A model generated the notes under the pieces. The model was not told the origin of the DNA, made no database searches, and saw nothing but the letters and a program-made list of their open reading frames with translations. The position numbers were made by a program, and so were the translations under genes. A DNA stretch of 55,120 bases from Thermoanaerobaculia bacterium (GTDB lineage: Bacteria; Acidobacteriota; Thermoanaerobaculia; UBA5066), in contig DASVJU010000029.1 of the NCBI GenBank assembly GCA_036385755.1, positions 1-55,120 of the forward strand. Direction: 5' to 3'. Shown here one piece after another: positions 32,537 through 39,395 of this stretch; the stretch's first letter is position 1; the number at the start of each line of letters is the position of its first letter.

Positions 32537-34180
32537 GTGCAGCCCGTCGACGAACGCGGCCGGATGGTGGAGAAACTCCTCGGCGGCCGCTATGAGGTGT
32601 TCGGATTCCTGGGACGCGGTGGATTTGCCTCCGTCTACCAGGTGAGAAGCGCGAGTCTCCAGCGCTTCGAGGCTCTCAAGGTTCTGCACGAGTCGCACGG
32701 AGAAGACTCCGACTTCGTGCAGCGCTTCCGTCAGGAAGCGCGCGTGGCGGCCTCGCTCGAGCATCCGAGCATCGTCAAAGTCTACGATTTCGGCCACGTC
32801 GAAGGGATGCTCTGGTATTCGATGCAGTTCGTGGAAGGGCCCTCGCTCAGCGCCGAGATCAAGGCGCGCGGCAGGTTCGACGAGGAGGCGGCGGCGCGGA
32901 TCATGGTTCCGCTCCTCGACGCGCTCGACTACAGCCATGCGCGCGGCGTCATCCACCGCGACATCAAGCCCGACAACGTTCTCCTCGACAAGCGCGGACG
33001 GCCGTTCCTGATGGATTTCGGCATCGCGAAGATCGGCGAGAGCCTCGTGAAGACGCAGACCGGCTTCATCCTCGGCTCCCCGGCCTATCTGTCTCCCGAG
33101 CAGCTCCGCGGCCAGCCACTGGACGGGCGCACGGACGTCTATTCGCTCGGAGTCACGCTGTACCAGATGCTCGCCGGGATCATTCCGTACCGCACGGAAA
33201 ACATGTCGGCCCTCGCGCGGCGCCTCACCGAGGACGCGCCGCGTCTCTCCGGGCGGCGCGAGGACATCCATCCCGAGCTGGAGCGCATCGTCCACCGCTC
33301 TCTCGAAAGGGATCGGGACGCGCGCTACGCGAACGCCGCCGAAATGCGGGACGACCTCGAGGCGTTCCTCGCGGAAGTCCACCCCAAGTCGACGCGCGCA
33401 CGCGCGGCTTCCAGCGAGAGCTCGGCCCAGCCGGCGCGGCCCGAGCCGGCGCGGCCCAAGCCGGAGCCGCTCCCGGCCCGCAGGCCCGACCCACCCCTGA
33501 TCCGCCCTCTCGCCCCGCCGGCGGTCCGCCCGCCCGACCCGCTCCCGGCCGCCCTCGCCCCCGCTCCGAAAAGTCGCCCGGCCTGGCTTTGGCCGGCTAC
33601 CTTCGCGCTCGTCGTCACCGTCCTCGCCGCCCTCGCGGGTGGCTGGCTCCTGACGCGCGCGCCGGCACCGAGCCCCATTCCCGCGCCGGCCGCGACGCCC
33701 GCTCCGACACCGGCTCCGACACTTGCTCCCGCTCCCGCGAACGTCTCCACGAACGCCCTCGCAGTTCCGACCGCGCCGGCTCCCATGGCCGTCCCCACGC
33801 CCGTACCCGCGGCACAGCCGCCGGCTCTTCCGGCCCCTACCCGCGTCCGCCGCGAGGCTCCGGCGCGCGCCGCCGCGCTCGCGAAAACGCTCCCGCCGCC
33901 GGACGCCATCCGCCGCGCCAAGACACCCCCGGACGTCGCCGAGGAGGCGACGATCTCGCTTACCCCCGCGCAGGAACGCGAATGCGGCGGCAAGGTCGTC
34001 GGCGTCTCCGTCGTCGTCGCCGAGGACGGCAGCCTCAGGAGCAGGCACGTGATCTCCTCCGCGTCCGCCGCCTGCGACGCGATCGCCCTCGAGGCGGTCA
34101 CCCGCAACCGCTACAAGGCGGCGCTGGACGAGAGAGGGCGACCCATCGAAGGCCGCTTCCTCCTTTCGATTCGTTTCTGA
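32537..34180 (+). CDS. Ser/Thr protein kinase with a Pro-rich linker, one TM segment and a TonB-C-terminal-like domain
   Basis: Hanks kinase motifs are present (GRGGFASVY, HRDIKPDNVLL, DFGIAK, SPAYLSPEQ). A long Pro/Ala linker and TM segment WLWPATFALVVTVLAALAGGWLL follow. The C-terminal ~80 aa resemble TonB_C (GKVVGVSVVVAEDGSL...ACDAIALEAVTRNRYKAALDERGRPIEGRFLLSIRF). The start is GTG 32537 or ATG 32564. Confidence 0.85.
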   Translation: MQPVDERGRMVEKLLGGRYEVFGFLGRGGFASVYQVRSASLQRFEALKVLHESHGEDSDFVQRFRQEARVAASLEHPSIVKVYDFGHVEGMLWYSMQFVEGPSLSAEIKARGRFDEEAAARIMVPLLDALDYSHARGVIHRDIKPDNVLLDKRGRPFLMDFGIAKIGESLVKTQTGFILGSPAYLSPEQLRGQPLDGRTDVYSLGVTLYQMLAGIIPYRTENMSALARRLTEDAPRLSGRREDIHPELERIVHRSLERDRDARYANAAEMRDDLEAFLAEVHPKSTRARAASSESSAQPARPEPARPKPEPLPARRPDPPLIRPLAPPAVRPPDPLPAALAPAPKSRPAWLWPATFALVVTVLAALAGGWLLTRAPAPSPIPAPAATPAPTPAPTLAPAPANVSTNALAVPTAPAPMAVPTPVPAAQPPALPAPTRVRREAPARAAALAKTLPPPDAIRRAKTPPDVAEEATISLTPAQERECGGKVVGVSVVVAEDGSLRSRHVISSASAACDAIALEAVTRNRYKAALDERGRPIEGRFLLSIRF

Positions 34181-34236
34181 ACGAACCCGGGATCCGTCGG
34201 ATAATGCCAACAACAAATTCAGAAGGGAGCCCGTCC

Positions 34237-34914
34237 ATGATGAAGTTCACCCGCCTCGCGCTGCCGCTCGCCATCGCCGCACTCCTCGCGGGCTGCACGC
34301 ACGGCGTCGAGATGAAGATGGCCATCGACGTCCTTTCGGAGCCCGAGAAGGCCACCGTGACCTACAAAGGCAAGAACATCGGCGAGACGCCTCAATCCCT
34401 CAACGTGAAGACGTTCGAGGACGTCAGCTCGATCATGGCGACGAGCGCCGATCTCGAGGTCGTCGAGAAGCGCATCCGGATCGTGTCGCCCGACCAGGCG
34501 CAGGTCATCTTCCGCATGGGCAAAGGCGGCATCTCTCCGGTCGCGAAAAAGCTCGGCATGACGCGCGTCCTCGTCTTCGAATACGCCGAGAAGGTCTGCT
34601 TCGACTCGGGAAAGTCCGATCTCAAGCCGGACGCGCTGCCCGTCCTCGCCAAGCAGGCCGAGATCCTGAATCAGTATTTTCCGAAGGCCGTCGCCTACGT
34701 CTGCGGCTACACGGACGCGACCGGGAGCGACGCCTTCAACGACAAGCTCTCGCTGCAGCGCGCCGAAGCCGTGCGGAACCTCCTCGTGAACCAGAACGTG
34801 GACGCGGCGCGCCTCAAGACTCAGGGCTTCGGCAAGCAGTTCGAGGTGGCGCCCAACACCACGGCCGAGGGCCGCGCGCTGAACCGCCGGACGGAGGTCA
34901 TCCTTCCGGACTAG
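34237..34914 (+). CDS. OmpA-family lipoprotein with an N-terminal PEGA-like domain
   Basis: In-frame tail of track ORF 33589..34914. Lipobox LLAGC. C-terminal OmpA_C motifs (GYTDATGSDAFNDKLSLQRAEAV, ALNRRTEV). Confidence 0.85.
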   Translation: MMKFTRLALPLAIAALLAGCTHGVEMKMAIDVLSEPEKATVTYKGKNIGETPQSLNVKTFEDVSSIMATSADLEVVEKRIRIVSPDQAQVIFRMGKGGISPVAKKLGMTRVLVFEYAEKVCFDSGKSDLKPDALPVLAKQAEILNQYFPKAVAYVCGYTDATGSDAFNDKLSLQRAEAVRNLLVNQNVDAARLKTQGFGKQFEVAPNTTAEGRALNRRTEVILPD

Positions 34915-36953
34915 GGTTGTCCTTCGGGCGGGGCGTCGAGAGCGTCGGCCGGCGGCAGGAAGAACCTCCCCGGCGCCTCTTTCAGCGCTTTCCACACCGC
35001 GTAGACGAGCCGCCGGAGGTCCCGGCTCGTCAGGCCGCACGCGCGCGCGGCGACCGTGAACGCGAGGGCGAAGCTCACCGTGAAGTTCATGAGCGCGATC
35101 GCCGCGACACCCGCGAGCGCCCACAGGAACGGGGGCTTCAGGAACGCGTCGAGCGGAAACGTCACGGCTGCGAGCGCAAGGGCCCCCGACGACAGCGTCA
35201 CGTGCCGGACCTCGAGGGGAAGCCCGAAAAAAGACGCGACCGCGGGCGTCATGCCGAGAAAGAAGCCGAGCGAGACGTTGCTCCCGAATCCGCTGACGTT
35301 CCTCTGAAACCTGTGCGCGATGCGCGCGCGCCGGTCCGGGCCGAAAAACCGCCCGAACGCCGCGCTACGTTGAAGCGCCTCCGGGAGCCGGTTGTAGTTC
35401 GACCAGTTCTCCAGCCAGCCGCCGATGACGCTCGACAGCCACAGGTAGAACCCCGTGAGGGCGGCGAAGACGATCGTTCCCGAGCGGAAGGGGTGGAGCG
35501 TGTCCACCGCGTGGTGCACTTCCTCGTCCGTGAAGTACGCGTGACCGGAAACGGCCCTCCAGAGCAGGCCCAGGAGCACCGCGACGGGAAAGACCAACCC
35601 GATGTTTCCCGCGATCGCGGCGAGCTGCGAGCGCGTCGTCCGCGCGAGGAGGTCGACGAGCGTGTCCCGGTGGGTTCCGCGCGCCTCGAGCGCCGATGCG
35701 AGCGTCGCGGCCGTGGCGGCGGGTTGCTTCGTCGCGACCGTGAAGTGCAGGGCCTGGATGAGGAGAAAGCTCGCCGCGTAGTTCACGGACGCCGCGAAAC
35801 CGCTGAAGAACGGCGCGAAAGGAAGCGTGAGCAGGACGTACTTCACGACCGTGGTCCCGGCCATGACCGCGCCCCCGCCCGCCGCCGACCCCCACATCTG
35901 CCGGTATTCCGCGCGGGACCCCGTGATGTAGTGCTCGCCTGTCGCGCCCGCGCTCTCGATGATCTTCCGCGAGAGGAGCCGCGTGTTCGCACGCACGAGC
36001 CCGTGCACGCCGCTCTCCCGCGCGCCCTGACGCACGAGGGTCGCGAGGAACGCGCGCCCGTCGGGCGGTGCGCCCGGCCCGGGCGCGAGGAACTCGAAAA
36101 GGCTTTCCAGGCGGTCCAACGCGCGTCCGAGAAGATCGATCCGGAAAACGAGGTCCATGCTCGTTCCGAACGTCTCGAGATGGCTGGTCACGACGCCGAG
36201 CATGTCCCGACAGGCGGCGATGTCCGCTCGGGCCTCGCCGCAGAGGTGGGAGAGCGCGACCGCTGATGCCGTGCGGCTCCGCGAGGCCTCGGTCACCCGG
36301 CCCACGCTTCGCGGGAGCCGGAGAAACGGCGACGCCCCGACGGTTCCGTCGTTGGCGCGCGCACGCACGTCCGGGCCGAGACCGAGCCCGCCCACGCGGA
36401 CCGCGAGGAGATCCGCCGCGTCCGCGACATCGCCGTGCCGCGCGCCCCAGGGAGTCTCCCCCGTCCGGAACACGACCGCGAAGAGGGCGGCGACGTCGCC
36501 GGCGGGAAGGCTTTCCAGCCAGTCCGCGTCCACTTCGTCGGGAAGGAGGCGCGCGACGACCTCCCGGAGATGGTGGTCGTTCGGAACGGACGGCAGGATC
36601 TTGCTCGCGAGGCGGTCGGCAAGCTCTCCCAGGAAGTTGTGCCGCGCCCCCAGTCCCGTCTCGGCGAAGAGCTCGACCGCCGACGTCGCGCCGAGGAGCG
36701 CGCGCAGTCGCGCCGCCAACGCCGCCGCGAGAAGAGGCCGGCCTTCGAGAACTTCCCGGAAGAAGGCGAGTCGCAGGGCGGCTGCCCCGCCGGGCCCCGG
36801 TTTCTTCAACCAGGCGAGGATCGGCTCGAGCCACTCGCCGAGGGCGCCGGCGTCGTCCGCGTCCACCGGCGCGACGAGAAGCGCCTCGAGCGCGACGCTG
36901 GCTCGACGCGTGCGAGGCGAAAGCGCGGCGGCGGGCGTCGCGTTTGCCGTCAT
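34911..36953 (-). CDS. Large integral membrane protein; possibly the family annotated as 'site-specific recombinase' (Gcr-type), unverified
   Basis: I take ATG 36953 (MTANATP...) as the start; the first 52 codons of the track ORF are Arg/Ser-rich junk. The N-terminal half is soluble and helical, and the C-terminal half has 6-8 TM segments. The GATGEHYITG motif is what reminds me of that family, from memory only. Confidence 0.6.
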   Translation of the reverse strand: MTANATPAAALSPRTRRASVALEALLVAPVDADDAGALGEWLEPILAWLKKPGPGGAAALRLAFFREVLEGRPLLAAALAARLRALLGATSAVELFAETGLGARHNFLGELADRLASKILPSVPNDHHLREVVARLLPDEVDADWLESLPAGDVAALFAVVFRTGETPWGARHGDVADAADLLAVRVGGLGLGPDVRARANDGTVGASPFLRLPRSVGRVTEASRSRTASAVALSHLCGEARADIAACRDMLGVVTSHLETFGTSMDLVFRIDLLGRALDRLESLFEFLAPGPGAPPDGRAFLATLVRQGARESGVHGLVRANTRLLSRKIIESAGATGEHYITGSRAEYRQMWGSAAGGGAVMAGTTVVKYVLLTLPFAPFFSGFAASVNYAASFLLIQALHFTVATKQPAATAATLASALEARGTHRDTLVDLLARTTRSQLAAIAGNIGLVFPVAVLLGLLWRAVSGHAYFTDEEVHHAVDTLHPFRSGTIVFAALTGFYLWLSSVIGGWLENWSNYNRLPEALQRSAAFGRFFGPDRRARIAHRFQRNVSGFGSNVSLGFFLGMTPAVASFFGLPLEVRHVTLSSGALALAAVTFPLDAFLKPPFLWALAGVAAIALMNFTVSFALAFTVAARACGLTSRDLRRLVYAVWKALKEAPGRFFLPPADALDAPPEGQP

Positions 36954-37060
36954 GCCCGGCGAGCTTAACCCGTCGACCTCGACTCGGGCTTCCCCTGTCG
37001 AACGACGGAATCGATCGCGATCCCTCGACCTGGAATACGATCTGCGGGAGAGGAGATCTC

Positions 37061-37528
37061 GTGAAAACGTTCCTCGCGCTCTCGCTGCTCTCCATGCTGA
37101 TCGCCGCATCCGCTCGCGCAGACGACACCGCAGGACGCGAGGCGCTGTTGAAGACGGATCGTGATTTCGCTGCGGCGGCGCAGACGCGCGGCGTCGAGGC
37201 GTGGGTCGAGAACTGGGCCGGGAACGGCGTTCATCCGGACGGTTCCACGGGTGTCGCCGTCGGGAAGGACGGAATCCGCAAGCAGATGGGCCCTCAGTAC
37301 GCGACGCCCGGATTCTCGCTTACGTGGTCGCCCTCGCGCGCGGAAATCTCGAGGGGCGGGAACGTCGGGACGACCTGGGGCCGGTACAAGGCCACGGGCA
37401 TCAAAGACGGCAAGAAGGTCGTCAGGGCCGGCGACTACGTCACCGTTTGGCAGAAAGAAGAAGACGGTTCCTGGAAGGTCGCGTTCGACACCGGTGACCG
37501 CGACCCGGAGCCTCGACCGAAGCCGTAA
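37061..37528 (+). CDS. Secreted SnoaL/NTF2-like (DUF4440-type) protein
   Basis: GTG 37061 lies after GGGAGAGGAG. Signal peptide VKTFLALSLLSMLIAASARA. The ending YVTVWQKEEDGSWKVAFD is typical of DUF4440. Confidence 0.65.
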   Translation: MKTFLALSLLSMLIAASARADDTAGREALLKTDRDFAAAAQTRGVEAWVENWAGNGVHPDGSTGVAVGKDGIRKQMGPQYATPGFSLTWSPSRAEISRGGNVGTTWGRYKATGIKDGKKVVRAGDYVTVWQKEEDGSWKVAFDTGDRDPEPRPKP

Positions 37529-37550
37529 ACGCCGTACGCTCTTCCGCCTT

Positions 37551-37673
37551 CTAGCGGCCGTCCCGCGAGCGCCTGACGAGAAGCAGAGCGAAAACCACCA
37601 GCACGACGACCAAGGCAGGAACGAGCCAGTACGATCCCATCCCGCCCATTCCCATCCAACCTCCGTCGTGCAT
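37551..37673 (-). CDS. 40-aa Met/Gly-rich single-TM peptide
   Basis: MHDGGWMGMGGMGSYWLVPALVVVLVVFALLLVRRSRDGR. Its ATG shares the A of the upstream YHS gene stop (TGATG). The longer track ORF 37551..37832 is an Arg-rich artefact upstream of this Met. Confidence 0.55.
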   Translation of the reverse strand: MHDGGWMGMGGMGSYWLVPALVVVLVVFALLLVRRSRDGR

Positions 37674-37849
37674 CAGGTCCGCCCTTCTCGTTTGCCTTCT
37701 CCGCCGCCGGCGGGGACGTACTGCGAAGGATTCTTGTCGAACTTCGCTTTGCAAGACGCGGAGCAGAACGCGTAGTTCTTTCCCTCGTGCGTGCTTTTCA
37801 GCGGGGCGTTTTCGTCGACGGTCATGCCGCAAACAGGATCTTTCGCCAT
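37673..37849 (-). CDS. YHS/TRASH-domain metal-binding protein (58 aa, absent from the ORF track)
   Basis: The minus strand encodes MAKDPVCGMTVDENAPLKSTHEGKNYAFCSASCKAKFDKNPSQYVPAGGGEGKREGRT. GAGGAGG lies 7 nt upstream of the ATG. It has the same CGM...FCS..C pattern as the CopA N-terminus in this window. Confidence 0.8.
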   Translation of the reverse strand: MAKDPVCGMTVDENAPLKSTHEGKNYAFCSASCKAKFDKNPSQYVPAGGGEGKREGRT

Positions 37850-37966
37850 TTCGGGGCCTCCTCGAGCAAGCGGTGTCTTAGGGCACCTCCGTCAGGCCAC
37901 GCAACTCCCCTGCCATAGAAGCCGTGGCCGGGGAATTGCAGTCCTCTCGTACGAAAAGGCCCAACC

Positions 37967-38863
37967 ATGAAATCTGCTCCCGATAGGACGTTCACGCCAT
38001 CGAAAGGACTCCTGCTCGTCGGGCTGCTGTGGGCGACGATGCCGGGTTCGCTGCACGCCCAGATGGACCCCTACTTCACCGCGATCAACTACCCGGTTGA
38101 AAAACACTCTCTCATGGTGATGGCCTTGCCGGATCTTCAGGTTGCGCGATACGGCAACGATTTCGCCACCGGGATGCTCATGGTCCAGTACGGAATTACC
38201 TCTCGATGGACGGTCGGCGTCATGGCCGAGGGCCAGAAGATCTCCGGTATGCCCGCGACCTACGGCGGCATTCGGTTCAACACGTACTTCCATCTGTTCC
38301 GAGACGACCGGTTCCTGAACCTGACCCTGTACGGTGAGTACGAGGATCTCAATGGGGCGGCGCTGTACAAAATGGAAGTCGCCGGCTTCGGCCCCGAAGA
38401 CCTGACCGAACCGTTGTCGCTCGCACGCGGAACCTCCGTCCGCACGTTCGAACAGCGCCTGATCGTTTATCACGACTGGGGCCGGCTCAATGCGACCTTC
38501 AACTTCATCAGGGAAACCGCTCTCCAGGAGCCGCACGGAAGCGACTACGGCTACGCCCTGGGTGTCTTCTTCAAGCCGTCATGGATGGGTGACTCGATGG
38601 CAGGGATGGCCGACATGGCGGCGCCACCGGCGCTTTCGATGAGCCGCCTCGGCTACGGCCTGGAGATGATCGGAGCGCTGGGAGACAACGAGCGGTTCGG
38701 TGTTTACTGGAGTTCCCAGCAGCATTACCTCGGTCCGGTCTTCACGTACGACCTCTCTTCCCGCTTGTCGGTGCGCCTCGAGCCCGCGGTGGGACTTTCC
38801 AACGTCAGCGACCCCTTCATGCTGCGCATGGGTGTGGCGTTCATGTTCGGTTCTCATCAGTGA
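37967..38863 (+). CDS. Putative outer-membrane beta-barrel protein with a Met-rich loop, function unknown
   Basis: 298 aa with visibly lower GC. Signal peptide ...LLWATMPGSLHA. Alternating hydrophobic beta-strand patterns, a Met-rich segment WMGDSMAGMADMAAPPALSM, and an aromatic C-terminal strand GVAFMF. Confidence 0.6.
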   Translation: MKSAPDRTFTPSKGLLLVGLLWATMPGSLHAQMDPYFTAINYPVEKHSLMVMALPDLQVARYGNDFATGMLMVQYGITSRWTVGVMAEGQKISGMPATYGGIRFNTYFHLFRDDRFLNLTLYGEYEDLNGAALYKMEVAGFGPEDLTEPLSLARGTSVRTFEQRLIVYHDWGRLNATFNFIRETALQEPHGSDYGYALGVFFKPSWMGDSMAGMADMAAPPALSMSRLGYGLEMIGALGDNERFGVYWSSQQHYLGPVFTYDLSSRLSVRLEPAVGLSNVSDPFMLRMGVAFMFGSHQ

Positions 38864-39395
38864 GCCGAGGGGACGAGCGACCCCGCGCCAGTTCATCATC
38901 CCCATGCCGCACCCGCCGTTCATCATGTTCCCCATCACGACGTAGCCGTCGTTCGTCGCATTGTCGTTGACGACCGCGGAAAATCAACACGAGCAGAACC
39001 GGGACCACGAGCCATTGCGCGAGCGGGGCCAGTCCGATTCCGAAGACGCGGGGCATGGATTCGGCGTAGTGCCACGAGAGTGTCACCTGCGTGTTGAACC
39101 ACTCACTCCAGACCGTGTACGCGAAGCCAATGGAGACGAAGAGGATGGTGGGCCCGCAGCGGCTTTCGTGGAGCCACTGTCTCGACCGGAGGGCGAGCGA
39201 CGTGACCCCGAACGCAAAGAAAAGAATCAGCGTGTCGCCAGCGGCGCAATGCAGCCGGGTTCGGAGCAGATAGCCGAACTCCCTACCGTGGTCAGAATAG
39301 AGGGGCGACTGAAGAAACTCCCAGGCCGCGTTCAGGCCAAAGGCCAGACCCGCTACGGAAAGCTCCGGGAACCTTCGCAACAAGACGGGCAACAC
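38841..39395 (-). CDS. 4-5 TM membrane protein coupled to copA; the C-terminal ~45 codons look chimeric
   Basis: GTG 39395 overlaps the copA stop (TAGTG). The hydrophobic body ends at ...LVVPVLLVLIF. After that the frame reads Arg/Asp-rich junk through a gene remnant that lies in another frame. Confidence 0.6.
   Translation of the reverse strand: MLPVLLRRFPELSVAGLAFGLNAAWEFLQSPLYSDHGREFGYLLRTRLHCAAGDTLILFFAFGVTSLALRSRQWLHESRCGPTILFVSIGFAYTVWSEWFNTQVTLSWHYAESMPRVFGIGLAPLAQWLVVPVLLVLIFRGRQRQCDERRLRRDGEHDERRVRHGDDELARGRSSPRLTDENRT
38901..38983 (-). pseudogene. 3'-terminal remnant of a paralogue of the Met-rich secreted protein gene at 51000..51908
   Basis: The minus strand 38977-38901 aligns to 51813-51889 with 69 of 77 identities, counted by hand, including a 32-nt exact run (38944-38913 = 51846-51877). 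It encodes SAVVNDNATNDGYVVMGNMMNGGCGMG versus SYAVVNDNLTNDGYVVMGNMMNGGRGMG. The frame is closed upstream by TGA at 38986-38984. Confidence 0.6.

Noticed and set aside
37895-37939. Interleaved inverted repeats (GGCCACG/CGTGGCC and GCAACTCCCC/GGGGAATTGC) between the YHS gene and the outer-membrane gene, considered as a MerR/CueR-type operator
   Set aside because: The two repeat pairs are arranged X-Y...X'-Y' rather than as a simple palindrome. They do not sit between recognisable -35 and -10 hexamers with 19-20 nt spacing, and no MerR-family gene is nearby. The evidence is too weak to call.
38579-38938. 119-aa minus-strand ORF starting MMGNMMNGGCGMGMMNW, considered as a stand-alone Met-rich gene
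   Set aside because: Only the first ~20 codons resemble the C-terminus of the 51000..51908 protein, and the similarity continues upstream of the start codon in the same frame. The rest is antisense to the outer-membrane gene. I interpret it as a gene remnant, not an independent gene.
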